Shown here: positions 21,156 to 30,716 of the stretch, piece by piece
Layout of the letters: the number at the start of each line of letters is the position of its first letter
Position numbering within the stretch: position 1 is the first letter of the stretch
Source of the DNA: Trueperaceae bacterium
GTDB taxonomy: Bacteria; Deinococcota; Deinococci; Deinococcales; Trueperaceae
Direction of reading: 5' to 3'
Assembly: GCA_034520945.1 (NCBI GenBank)
Contig: JAXHNB010000008.1
Location: forward strand, 96,001-160,000
Length of the DNA: 64,000 bases
Position numbers and translations under genes: made by a program
Notes under the pieces: generated by a model
What the model was told of the DNA's origin: nothing
What the model saw: only the letters and a program-made list of their open reading frames with translations
Databases searched by the model: none

Positions 21156-21362
21156 TCAGGCCGGCGGCCACGCCCCCAGGATGGCGCCGGCCACGACGAG
21201 CGCCAGCACGTGGTACCCGCCGTCGATCAGGAACAGCGCGGGCGTGCGACTCTCGTACATGAACGTCACCGACATCAGCGCGAACCCGATGCCGATGCCG
21301 ACGAGCGCGAAGTACACGACCGTTGCGACCAGGACGGCCCAGACGTTGACGGTGATGTCCAT
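21156..21362 (-). pseudogene. DUF1761-like membrane protein, internally deleted
   Basis: VNVWAVLVATVVYFAL joined to YESRTPALFLIDGGYH..GAILGAW. Confidence 0.6.
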
Positions 21363-21542
21363 GCGTGGATCTCCCTTCGAAGCCTTGACCGGCGCCGCCG
21401 TCGGCCGCTAGTCGTCGCGGATTCCGGCCATCATGCACGATGGCGTCGGTGGCGTGGGTCGGGGGCCAGCAGATCGAAGTCCTTCTGGCGCATCAGGCAT
21501 TGACGCCGATGGGCGTGGTGATTACATTGTGCGTACGGAGGC

Positions 21543-21791
21543 GTGATGAGAACGCGCATCGTCAGAATCGGCAATTCGCAAGGCATTCGGATTCCCAAGC
21601 CGCTGCTGGAGCAGGCCGGGCTCAGCGGGGAGGTCGAGCTGGTGCAGGAGGGCGACGCTCTGATGATTCGACCTGCCCATGCGCGCCAGGGTTGGGACGA
21701 GGCGTTCCAGGCCATGGCCGAGAGGGGAGACGATCAACTCCTCGATGCGCCGGACGGTACGCGCTTCGATGACGAAGAATGGATGTGGTGA
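21543..21791 (+). CDS. mazE: AbrB/MazE antitoxin
   Basis: IVRIGNSQGIRIPKPLL...GWDEAF..FDDEEW. Confidence 0.9.
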   Translation: MMRTRIVRIGNSQGIRIPKPLLEQAGLSGEVELVQEGDALMIRPAHARQGWDEAFQAMAERGDDQLLDAPDGTRFDDEEWMW

Positions 21792-22105
21792 ATCGGTTCG
21801 AGGTGCACCTCGTCACGCTGGACCCGACCCGGGGGTCCGAGATTCGTAAGACGCGACCGTGCCTGATCGTCTCTCCGAACGAGATGAACCGGCACGTCCG
21901 GACGGTCCTCGTCGCCCCGATGACGACGGGTGGAAAGGCGTATCCGACGAGGGTCCCCGTCCGTTTCCGCGGGCGGGAGGCCGTGATCGTCCTGGACCAG
22001 CTCCGCACGGTCGACAAGGAACGTGTGGTGGAGTCGCTCGGCTCTCTGGACGAGGGCGTGCAGGACCAGGTGATCGCCGTACTGCAGCAGATGTTCGCGC
22101 GTTAG
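21779..22105 (+). CDS. mazF: PemK/MazF toxin
   Basis: LDPTRGSEIRKTRPCLIVSPNEMN...LDQLRTVDK. Confidence 0.92.
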   Translation: MDVVNRFEVHLVTLDPTRGSEIRKTRPCLIVSPNEMNRHVRTVLVAPMTTGGKAYPTRVPVRFRGREAVIVLDQLRTVDKERVVESLGSLDEGVQDQVIAVLQQMFAR

Positions 22106-22116
22106 TGGCGGTGCGA

Positions 22117-22159
22117 AGGACGAAGTCGAGACGGGTGTCGTGGCCCGCTCCACCGACGC
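22117..22159 (+). repeat. 43-bp direct repeat of 23612-23654, flanking the Fic gene
   Basis: aggacgaagtcgagacgggtgtcgtggcccgctccaccgacgc vs aggaggaagtcgagacgggtgtcgtggtccgctccaccgatgc (3 mismatches). Confidence 0.85.
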
Positions 22160-22180
22160 CGCGTTCGACGGTTGGTCCTT

Positions 22181-23377
22181 CTACAACGGCTCCGTGCCTT
22201 CGGCAAGCATCGCGACGTACCGTCGGTAGCGCCAGATCCTGTCCCGCGCTTTGCCCGTCACTTCCGTGACGATGCCGAGGTTCGCGAGGTCGTCCATGCG
22301 CTGCCTCACGGTCGGAAAGGTGAGGCCGAGCGCATCCGCCGCACCGCGGATCGACGTGTAGGGGTGGCGCTTGAGATGGTCGTGGAGCCGGAGCCCCGTG
22401 TTGGCCGTGCGTCCGAGCGTCTCCACGCGCGAGCGGTCTTCGTCGAACAGCCGAACCAATGCGCGGGCGGTGGCATGCGCCTGCTGCCCCGTCTCGCGTA
22501 CGCCCTCCAGGAAGAAGTCGAGCCACGCTTCCCACGCGCCTTCGGTACGGACGCGCTGTAGCAGGTGGTAGTAGGCGTCGCGATTTCGCTTGAAGTAGAG
22601 GCTCAAATACAGGCTCGGTTCCTGCAGCACGGTGTCGCTACACAGGGACAAGGTGATCAGCAGACGACCGAGGCGGCCGTTGCCACCTGGGAACGGATGG
22701 ATGCTCTCGAACTGGACGTGAGCTACGGCAGCCTTCAGAAGGGGCGGTGTGTACGTCGTCTCGTCGTGCAGGAAGCGCTCGAGGTCGCTCATGAGGTCGG
22801 GCACCATTTCGTGTGGCGGCGGCACGAAGGTGGCGTTGCCCGGCCGCGTTCCGCCGAGCCAGTTCTGGGAGCGTCGAAACGCGCCGGGCGCTTTCGCGGC
22901 TCCCCGGCCGCCTGCAAGCAGAAGCGCGTGCATCTCGCGCAGGAGGCGGGACGAGAGCGGGAAGCCGTCCTCGCGGATGCGCCGGAGCCCATGCGTGAGG
23001 GCGCGCACGTAGTTGGACACCTCGGCCACGTCGTCCAGGGGAACGCCCGGCATCTCGTCGATTTCGTAGAGCAAGAGGTCGGAGAGCGACGATTGCGTAC
23101 CTTCGATCTGCGAGGAGAGAAGCGCCTCCTTGCGGACGTACATGTACAGGAAGAGGGTCGTGTCGGGCAGGAGCGTGTCGATCCCGTCGAGGCGCCCGAG
23201 GGCGCGATTGGCCGCTTCCAGCGTCCCCAGACGCTGCCCGGTGAGCTCGATCGGAGGGTCGATGGGGAGGGGCGGTGGCACGTAGGCGTGTACCTTCTCG
23301 CCGGTGACGGTGCGCGTGGCGTACGTGCCCAGTCGGCGGTTGGGGGATCGCTGTGAAGGGCCCGTTTCATTCGGCAT
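22181..23377 (-). CDS. Fic family protein with C-terminal HTH
   Basis: SSQIEG inhibitory-type motif, HPFPGGNGRLGR, EVTGKARDRIW. Confidence 0.9.
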   Translation of the reverse strand: MPNETGPSQRSPNRRLGTYATRTVTGEKVHAYVPPPLPIDPPIELTGQRLGTLEAANRALGRLDGIDTLLPDTTLFLYMYVRKEALLSSQIEGTQSSLSDLLLYEIDEMPGVPLDDVAEVSNYVRALTHGLRRIREDGFPLSSRLLREMHALLLAGGRGAAKAPGAFRRSQNWLGGTRPGNATFVPPPHEMVPDLMSDLERFLHDETTYTPPLLKAAVAHVQFESIHPFPGGNGRLGRLLITLSLCSDTVLQEPSLYLSLYFKRNRDAYYHLLQRVRTEGAWEAWLDFFLEGVRETGQQAHATARALVRLFDEDRSRVETLGRTANTGLRLHDHLKRHPYTSIRGAADALGLTFPTVRQRMDDLANLGIVTEVTGKARDRIWRYRRYVAMLAEGTEPL

Positions 23378-23529
23378 TCCACTATTAAAGCATGCGCGGA
23401 AAATCTTTCATAGTGGAGGCCGTTCGTGCTCGTCGGCGTCTCTGCTGGAGGCATCCGCGGGACGTCCCGGTGCCAAGTTCGCGCGGGGTGGGTGACTCAG
23501 ATATGGTTCGTACCCTGAGGAGGGACCCC

Positions 23530-23955
23530 ATGAGTGCCAAGCGCAAGAAGCCTGCTCCGGATGTCGACGAGGTCACCCCAGAGTTGAAGGACCTGATCGC
23601 ACACTTCTCGGAGGAGGAAGTCGAGACGGGTGTCGTGGTCCGCTCCACCGATGCGCCCGCGTCCACTCGGCGCTACGACGCGTACGACGTGCAGCGTCGC
23701 TTCGAGGCCGCGCGGGCCGAACGGTCCCTGTCGCGCCTCTTGCGCTCTGCGCGTTCGACGGCGGGCCTTTCGCTCGCGGATGTCGCGGAGCGTCTCGGCG
23801 TTTCGCGGAGTTGGATTCAGCAAGTCGAGAAGGAGGGGGCGAACCTCCAGATCGACACGCTTCGCCGGGTTGCCGATGCGCTCGGCTACGACGTACACGT
23901 AAGCTTCGTGGCCCGTGACGAAGACGAACCATCCCTCACCGCTCCGCTCAGCTAG
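23530..23955 (+). CDS. XRE-family HTH protein (orphan antitoxin-like)
   Basis: ARSTAGLSLADVAERLGVSRSWIQQVEK..TLRRVADALG. Confidence 0.8.
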   Translation: MSAKRKKPAPDVDEVTPELKDLIAHFSEEEVETGVVVRSTDAPASTRRYDAYDVQRRFEAARAERSLSRLLRSARSTAGLSLADVAERLGVSRSWIQQVEKEGANLQIDTLRRVADALGYDVHVSFVARDEDEPSLTAPLS

Positions 23956-23981
23956 GAGGCCAGCGACGGACGTCATTTCCC

Positions 23982-24236
23982 GTACCGTTACGGCTTGGCA
24001 ATCAGCGGCGAATCGTCGTTCCGGCCCAGCTGCGCCAAGAATTGGGCCTGCGACCCGGTGACGAGCTCCTTGCCCGCGTCGACGACGGCAGACGCGTCAT
24101 CGAACCGCGGCGGCCGGTGTTCGACCGCCTTCGAGCCCGGTTCGGCGGCGTCGATGGTTCCCTCGCGGACGAGCTTCTGCTCGACCGGCGCGCGGAGGCC
24201 GCGCGTCGAGGGCGTCCGGGCGCGGGGGTTCCCTGA
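23982..24236 (+). pseudogene. AbrB/MazE-type antitoxin remnant, no start codon and no toxin
   Basis: LGNQRRIVVPAQLRQELGLRPGDELLARVDDG...SLADELLLDRRAEA. Confidence 0.7.
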
Positions 24237-24322
24237 ACGAGCAACGAAACGTAGAAACGTGGGAATCGTGGACGATGACTACCACATTTCTGACCTTCCG
24301 TCGACGCGTAGGTTCTGCCTGC

Positions 24323-24991
24323 CTACGGCAGCGGGACCACGCGGATGGTCCACGGTCCCAGCGCGTTGACCTGCAGGTAGTACCGACCGCCACGCGGTTG
24401 GTACGACGCTCCGGGACCCGGTCCGGACTGGTTGGCGGCGACGTCCACCAGGTCGCCGTCCTCGGTGTAGAGGTACACCTGGAAGAGGTCACCGCCCGCG
24501 GACCACTGCAGCTCCCACGCGCCAGCGGTCTCGAACGGGCGCGTGTTGGCTGCGCCCGACCCCGTGTACTCGATCGGCGCGTCCGAGGTGGCGGGCCCCG
24601 TGGCGGCATCGTCTTCGAGGTCTACGATCCGAATCGTCCAGGTGCCGATGGCGTTGACTTGCAGGTAGTAGCGTCCGGCCGCGGCTTGGTACGAGGCGCC
24701 GCTGCCCGGGCCGGACTGGTTCGCTGCGACTCCCACCAGCTCGCCGCTGGCGTCGTGCAGGTAGAGCTGGAACACGTCGCCTTGAGCGGTCCACTGGATC
24801 TCCCAGCCGGCGTCCACGGTGAACGGTCGCGTGTTGCGGATGCCGTCGCCTTGGTACTCGGTGACGATGGGGTCCTGGGCGAAAGCGACGCTCACTGACG
24901 CCAACGCGAAAAGCAAGACGAGAATGGTTTTCGGGAAGGTGAGGAGCGGTGACGACGGTGTGACGAGTGCGAGCAGCGTGTAGGGTCGCAT
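24323..24991 (-). CDS. Secreted protein with two tandem ~90-aa beta domains
   Basis: Signal peptide ending AFA|Q; duplicated EYxGxGxxNTRPF..WExQW..FQxYL..AANQSGPGxGASYQ..GRYYLQVNAxGxWTIR. Confidence 0.75.
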   Translation of the reverse strand: MRPYTLLALVTPSSPLLTFPKTILVLLFALASVSVAFAQDPIVTEYQGDGIRNTRPFTVDAGWEIQWTAQGDVFQLYLHDASGELVGVAANQSGPGSGASYQAAAGRYYLQVNAIGTWTIRIVDLEDDAATGPATSDAPIEYTGSGAANTRPFETAGAWELQWSAGGDLFQVYLYTEDGDLVDVAANQSGPGPGASYQPRGGRYYLQVNALGPWTIRVVPLP

Positions 24992-25133
24992 GGTTCGAGT
25001 ATGCGGCACGCGCGCGACGGGAAGTGACGCAGGCACGCCCGTGCGCCATCGTCCCGCTCCGGCATCTCGCGCAGGGCACCTGGACAGACTGTCTGCTATG
25101 ATGGACATGGTGGCCCCCACCTAGGAGGAGCGC

Positions 25134-25631
25134 ATGCCCGTGACCCAAAAGCAGAAGAGGGAACCGGTGCGGCCCGCCCGGTCCGACCGGTCGGGCGATC
25201 CGGGCGAGAAGCATGGCGCGCATCGGGCCGGCCAGGCGCCTGGCGTGATGGAGGTGCGGTTCGCGAGTGCAAGCGCGTCGGCGGCGCCGTCCTACCGCGT
25301 CGTGACCTTCGGTTCGCTTGGACGGTTGGCCCAGCGCGCCGGTTTGGACCAAGCCGGGCTCGCGAGCTTCCTCGGCGTCAGTACCAAGACCCTGAAGCGA
25401 CGCGCGGAGAAGGGCGTGCTGGACGAAGCCGAGAGCATGAAGACCGAGATGCTGGCCTACACCTTGCACGAGGCGTGCCGCGTCATGGGCGACGAAGGGA
25501 AGGCCCGACGTTGGCTCGTCACGCAGGTCGCCTCCCTGGACGGCCTCAGGCCGATCGATCACCTCGACAGCATCGAGGGCTACGAGCGGGTTCGGGAAAC
25601 CCTGACCAAGATCGAGTACGGAATGTACTGA
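25134..25631 (+). CDS. Xre/MbcA/ParS antitoxin
   Basis: LASFLGVSTKTLKRR HTH plus KARRWL..SLDGLRPIDHL..KIEYGMY. Confidence 0.88.
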   Translation: MPVTQKQKREPVRPARSDRSGDPGEKHGAHRAGQAPGVMEVRFASASASAAPSYRVVTFGSLGRLAQRAGLDQAGLASFLGVSTKTLKRRAEKGVLDEAESMKTEMLAYTLHEACRVMGDEGKARRWLVTQVASLDGLRPIDHLDSIEGYERVRETLTKIEYGMY

Positions 25632-26135
25632 ATGCGGGCGTACCGCATTTTCGACCATGAACGACCATGGGCACGCGTGGACGGCTTCGATCCGTTCGAC
25701 GGGGAAGGGGCGATGCACGGCCCGGCTCGTTGGCACCACAAGGGTACGCGCGTGGCGTATGCCGCCGCCAACCCGAGCCTCGCGCTCCTCGAGATCCTCG
25801 TTCACATGAATCCGGCCGACTTTGGCGAGAAGACCTTGCAGGTCGCCGAGTTGCCCGACGACGCGGTCGAGGACGTCGGCATGGCGCAGATCGTGCAACT
25901 CCTCCGCGACGCGGCCGACGACGCCCGTGAACGCGCCAGCCGTGACTTCGGCACCGCCTGGGCGCGCGAAGGTCGCAGCCTCGCGCTGCGTGTTCCGTCG
26001 CTGGTCATGCCGCACGACCGGAACGTGATCCTGAACCCTCTCCACCCGCGCATGCGCGAGGTGTCCGAGGTGCGGCGGGAACGGGTGAGCCTCGACCCTC
26101 GCCTGCGCCTGGCCAGGCTCGAGGCCGCGCAGTGA
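25632..26135 (+). CDS. RES-domain toxin
   Basis: GEGA..PARWH..VAYAA.NPSLALLE, LRVPS, NVILNPLHP. Confidence 0.9.
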   Translation: MRAYRIFDHERPWARVDGFDPFDGEGAMHGPARWHHKGTRVAYAAANPSLALLEILVHMNPADFGEKTLQVAELPDDAVEDVGMAQIVQLLRDAADDARERASRDFGTAWAREGRSLALRVPSLVMPHDRNVILNPLHPRMREVSEVRRERVSLDPRLRLARLEAAQ

Positions 26136-26186
26136 CGACGCGCTGCCTCGGCGCGGGCGTTCGTTCCGATTCTTGAGGAGGCAGTG

Positions 26187-26898
26187 ATGGCCGCATCCGA
26201 AGTCGTTCCCGGGCTCGTTCGGATTCCGCTCGGGTACGTCAACGCCTACGCCTTGCTCGGAAGCGATTCGGTCACGCTGATCGACACCGGGATGCCGGGC
26301 CGGCACGAGCAGGTGTTGGCCGCGCTCGCGCAATTCGGCTGCGGCGCCGAGGACGTCACCACGATCGTGATCACGCACCTGCACGTGGACCACACCGGCG
26401 GCCTGCGGGCGCTTCGCGAGCGCACCGGGGCGCGGGTCTACGCCCACCCCGTCGACGCGCGCGCCATCCGCGAAGGCGTCTCGCTACGCCGGATCGGTCC
26501 GGAAGGCACCTGGCTGGGCCGGGTGGTCGGGCTGGTGGGCCGATACGTGCCGATGTTCACCGCGGACGCCGCGGACGTCGACGTGGAGGTGGAGGACGGT
26601 GCGACCCTCGACGCCACGGTTCCGCTCGAGGTCGTGCACGCCCCGGGCCACAGCGCCGGCCAGATCGCGCTGCTGTGGCGCGAGCATGGCGGGGTGCTGA
26701 TCGCGGGCGACGCCGCGACGCAATCGCTCCAAGCTGGGCCCGCCGCCGTTCTACGAGAACACCGAGGACGGGCAGGCGACGCTCCGGAGGCTGGCGGGAC
26801 TGGACTTCGAGGTCGCGGTGTTCGGGCACGGCGACCCGATCGGGTCGGGCGCGGCACAGGCGTTTCGGGAGCGGTTCGGAAGCGAGCGACGGGGCTAG
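26187..26898 (+). pseudogene. MBL-fold metallo-hydrolase, frameshifted at ~26730
   Basis: LIDTG, THLHVDHTGG, PGHSAG, AGDA; the C-terminus (LDFEVAVFGHGDPI) is in another frame. Confidence 0.8.
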
Positions 26899-27090
26899 GG
26901 TCCGTTTGGGACCCTTCATTGGGGCCAGATGACGATCATGGCGATGAGGACGCAGGCTTCGTAGCTGCGTCCTTGCTCGTCGTAGATCCCGATGGTTGGT
27001 GTGTGGCCTGTCGGTCGTGGTGTTGGGCGGCGTCTTCGCCGCCGTCCCTTCCGTGCCTCGCCCGGTGGCGCGGGGGCGTGAAGCACGCTC

Positions 27091-27663
27091 CTAGAGGAAC
27101 GATCGGTACCTGAGGAACTCGGGTCGGGGGCCCTTCGTCGTCACCAGGAACGTGCAGCCCTCCTCGCCCGACGCGCGCATCTCGTGGTTCTGCTTCGCCT
27201 CGACGCTCATCGCGTCGCCCGGTCCCAAGGTGCACGCGTGATCGTCGGTCCGGGCCTCGAGGTTGCCGGCGAGGACGTAGACGTGCTCGCGCATCCCGAG
27301 CGGGTGGGGGCTCAGCGGACCGGTGCTCTGGCCGCGCGGTAGGCGCACCAGGAGGATGCCGACGCCCTCGGTACGCCAGTCCGGGGCGAGGACCTCGAAC
27401 TCGACGCCCGTCTCCGGGTCGCGCTCCACGGTTCGCTCGGCCTGGCGGTCGACGGTCGGCTCCCGGGCCTCCTCCGCAACGAGCTCGCTGATGCTCACGC
27501 CCAGTCCCGAGGCCAGCTGGCTGAGGGTTCTCAGGGTAGGACTCTTGGCGTCTCGTTCGATTTCGCTCAGCATGCTGCGGCTGCAGCCGCTGCGTTCCGC
27601 GAGCGCCTCGAGCGAGAGCCGCTGATCGGTACGGAGCTGCCGTATGCGGCTGCCGATCTTCAT
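27091..27663 (-). CDS. XRE-HTH + cupin regulator
   Basis: LSLEALAERSGCSRSMLSEIER..SPTL; EHVYVLAG, LGPGD. Confidence 0.88.
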   Translation of the reverse strand: MKIGSRIRQLRTDQRLSLEALAERSGCSRSMLSEIERDAKSPTLRTLSQLASGLGVSISELVAEEAREPTVDRQAERTVERDPETGVEFEVLAPDWRTEGVGILLVRLPRGQSTGPLSPHPLGMREHVYVLAGNLEARTDDHACTLGPGDAMSVEAKQNHEMRASGEEGCTFLVTTKGPRPEFLRYRSFL

Positions 27664-27790
27664 CGTGTCCTCCCGTATCCATGATCGTGGAGAAATTCTC
27701 CTCTATCCATTATAGTGGTCATAAAGCACCATGATGGTGCTCTCGGATGGCCAGCCGCCGTCCGCAGCGTTTTCGCGTGAAGGAGGAACC

Positions 27791-28219
27791 ATGGCACAGC
27801 TCGAGCTGAAGGACTTCGGCCCCCGCCCCTACACGGTCGACATCGAAGAGGCGACCATCCAGAACGGGAACTACCGCACGGCGCTCTGGACCGGCAAGAA
27901 CCTCCAGCTGACGCTCATGAGCATCCCCGTCGGCGGAGAGATCGGCCTCGAGGTGCACACGGAGCTCGACCAGTTCCTGCGGATCGAACGGGGCCGCGGT
28001 CGGGTCCAGATGGGCGACACGAAGGACCACCTGGACTTCGACCAGGAGATCGGCGACGACGAGGTCGTGCTCGTGCCCGCCGACACGTGGCACAACATCA
28101 CCAACGTGGGGGACACGCCCCTGAAGATCTACTCGATCTACGCTCCGCCGGAGCACCCGCACGGCACCGTGCACGCCACGAAAGAGGAGGGGGACGCGGC
28201 CGAAGGGCACGACCACTGA
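27791..28219 (+). CDS. Cupin domain protein
   Basis: YRTALWTG, EIGLEVH..DQFLRIE, WHNITN..IYAPPEHPHGTVH; AAGGAGG RBS. Confidence 0.9.
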   Translation: MAQLELKDFGPRPYTVDIEEATIQNGNYRTALWTGKNLQLTLMSIPVGGEIGLEVHTELDQFLRIERGRGRVQMGDTKDHLDFDQEIGDDEVVLVPADTWHNITNVGDTPLKIYSIYAPPEHPHGTVHATKEEGDAAEGHDH

Positions 28220-28290
28220 CCGAGGCGTCGGTCTCCGCGACCGACGCCTGCGTTCCTCATCGGCGTGGATGTCTGGGGAGGGCCACGAGC

Positions 28291-29595
28291 TTGAGTTCAC
28301 TCGCCCAACGGATCTACGTGCGTCTCGTATCGACGGGGCACGCGGGTAGGGCAGCCGACGAGGCCGAACGGGACGTATCCACGAACGGACTGCGCATCAT
28401 CGGCGCGTCGGGCCTGCAGAACGTCGGCGATCAGGTCGTCAACGCCGCGACCGTCCTGCCCTGGCTGCTGACCGCGCTCGGGGCACCCGTCGGACTGATC
28501 GGGCTGCTCGTTCCGATCCGGGAGTCCGGATCGCTTCTGCCTCAGGCGGTACTGTCCCCCTGGATCCAGCGGTGGAGCCGACGAAAGTGGGTATGGGTCG
28601 CGGGCGCTGCCGTGCAGGCTACGGCGACCGTCGCGATGGCCCTCGTCGCGGCGACGCTCGAGGGGATCGGCGCCGGCGTCGCGATCCTCGTCGCCTTGGC
28701 GCTTTTCGCCCTGGGCAGGGCCCTGACCTCGATCGCCTCCAAGGACGTCATGGCACGCACCATCCCGAAGGGCCAGCGTGGCCAGATCAACGGCGTCTCC
28801 ACGCTCGTATCGGGCGTCGCCGCCGTCACGATCGGGTTGGGGATCCGCCTTCTCGCCGGGGACCAAATGAACGTCGCGATTCTGGCGTTCCTGCTCGGTG
28901 GCGCCGCCCTGGCGTGGGTAGCGGCCCTGCTGGTGTATGCGGGGGTGAAGGAACCGACCGGGGGGACGGCAGAAACCGACGCCGACGATGAAGGCTGGTG
29001 GCGTCGGTCGTGGCAGCTGCTCGCCACCGACGCTCCGTTCCGCAGGTTCGTCCAGATGAGGACGCTGCTGCTCGTCTCGGCACTCAGTCCTCCCTTCCTG
29101 ATCGCCCTCGCGGCCGCGGACGGCGAGGCACGCCTGAGCGGCCTCGGGCTTTTCGTGATCGCCCAGGGGGCCGCGCGCATGATCGGAGGTCGGTTCTTCG
29201 GCCGGCTCGCCGACCGATCGAGCCGGCGGCTGATGACGCTCGGAGCGTTGATGGCGTCCCTCTCGATCATCGTCCTGCTGGCGCTGTCGATCGTTCCGGG
29301 GCTGGGCGAGTCCGTCTGGCTCTACAGCCTCGGCTACTTCCTGCTGGCGCTCGTCCATACCGGGGTCCGTGTGGCACGCAAGACCTACGTCATCGACATG
29401 GGGGAGGGCGACCAGGTGACCGAGTACGTGGCGGTCTCCAACACGGCGATGGGCCTTCTCCTGCTCGTGGTGGGAGCCGTGAACGCCGGCCTCGCCGTCT
29501 TCGGCGCCGAGGTCGCGCTCGCGTTCCTGGCCGGCATGGGCCTGATCGGCGCCTTCGTCGGCCGAAGCCTGCCGGAGGTGGGAGGGCGGGCGTGA
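28291..29595 (+). CDS. MFS transporter
   Basis: Multiple TM segments; LVPIRESGSLLPQ, GRLADRSSR, RVARKTY. Confidence 0.85.
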   Translation: MSSLAQRIYVRLVSTGHAGRAADEAERDVSTNGLRIIGASGLQNVGDQVVNAATVLPWLLTALGAPVGLIGLLVPIRESGSLLPQAVLSPWIQRWSRRKWVWVAGAAVQATATVAMALVAATLEGIGAGVAILVALALFALGRALTSIASKDVMARTIPKGQRGQINGVSTLVSGVAAVTIGLGIRLLAGDQMNVAILAFLLGGAALAWVAALLVYAGVKEPTGGTAETDADDEGWWRRSWQLLATDAPFRRFVQMRTLLLVSALSPPFLIALAAADGEARLSGLGLFVIAQGAARMIGGRFFGRLADRSSRRLMTLGALMASLSIIVLLALSIVPGLGESVWLYSLGYFLLALVHTGVRVARKTYVIDMGEGDQVTEYVAVSNTAMGLLLLVVGAVNAGLAVFGAEVALAFLAGMGLIGAFVGRSLPEVGGRA

Positions 29596-29606
29596 CGCAC
29601 CGCCCG

Positions 29607-30563
29607 CTACCGCACCTCGAAGACCTGGTACAGGGGCGCGTCCGCGGCGCGTTCCGACACCCAGGCGTAGCGGCCCGGCTGCAGGTCCACGCTCAGGTAG
29701 GCCGACTGACCCTGCGGCATCTCGTGCGTGCCGCCAAGGAACGTCGCCGGCGCGGGCGTTTTCAGGCCGCCTGGGTTGCTCCAGTCCATCCAGGCCGCCA
29801 CGTCGGCCACGTCCTCGCCGCCTGCCAGCCGGACCAGGTGCAGGTCGTTGGCCAGCAGCGGTGGGTCCTCGCTCGTGAAGCGCACCTCGACGACCTGCGG
29901 GCCCGGGGCGGGCGTTCCCTCTACCTCGATGCCGCTCTCGGGCGCGCTGCCGTCGTCGGGTTGGGGGTTGCTCAAGCTGACCACCAGGTCGGCGGCGGGC
30001 GGCTCGCCGGCGTGCGGGACGTCCGCGACGGTGATTTCGTCGATCATTCCCCGCACACTGTGGAACACGCCGTCCTCGGTCTTGACGTAGCACTCGATCA
30101 CGTAGGTGCCCGGCTCCAGGAACGCGACCACTTCGGTCGTGCCGCCGGGCGAGACCATCCCCGGTCCGCCGCTGTAGACCACATTGCCGTACCACTCGGG
30201 GAGGCCGCCGAGCGCGGCGAAGCCCTCCTCGACGTCGCCCGCCATGATGAGGTCCATCGCGTCCTGGAACACGGGCACGACCTCGCGGACGCTGTCCTCC
30301 ATGCCTCGGCCTTCGGGCATGAGGCCGAAGAGGGCGAAGTGCGGTTCGTCCGATTCGTTGCGGAGCCGGATGGTGGTCCAGCCGGATGCGATTTCATCGG
30401 CGGACAGGTCGAAGGTGTGCCCGCGGGTGACGATCTCGAGCACCGGGGACGCGTTCTCGGCCGCCGAGGTGTCCCCCACGAGCACCAGGGGGTGGCCCAC
30501 CTGGGCCAGGCACGTGGCGGCGAGGGCCAGCAGGAGCGTGGGGACGAGGGTGCGAAGGGTCAT
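29607..30563 (-). CDS. Secreted protein with two cupredoxin-like repeats
   Basis: Signal peptide ending CLA|Q; LRNESDEPH, LEPGTYVIECYVK..HSVRGM, DLQPGRYAWV. Confidence 0.7.
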   Translation of the reverse strand: MTLRTLVPTLLLALAATCLAQVGHPLVLVGDTSAAENASPVLEIVTRGHTFDLSADEIASGWTTIRLRNESDEPHFALFGLMPEGRGMEDSVREVVPVFQDAMDLIMAGDVEEGFAALGGLPEWYGNVVYSGGPGMVSPGGTTEVVAFLEPGTYVIECYVKTEDGVFHSVRGMIDEITVADVPHAGEPPAADLVVSLSNPQPDDGSAPESGIEVEGTPAPGPQVVEVRFTSEDPPLLANDLHLVRLAGGEDVADVAAWMDWSNPGGLKTPAPATFLGGTHEMPQGQSAYLSVDLQPGRYAWVSERAADAPLYQVFEVR

Positions 30564-30716
30564 GGCGATTCCTTTCTGCGAGTCGTGCATGGCGTTTCGC
30601 CTCCTTCCGCGAGCGCCGCTCGTCGGCGCCGCATCGCGACCGTAGGAACCGCGCCGTGATGCCGGTGCGACGTGGGCGTGACGTGGCCGCACGTGTCCGC
30701 TACGGTGGGAGGGGAC

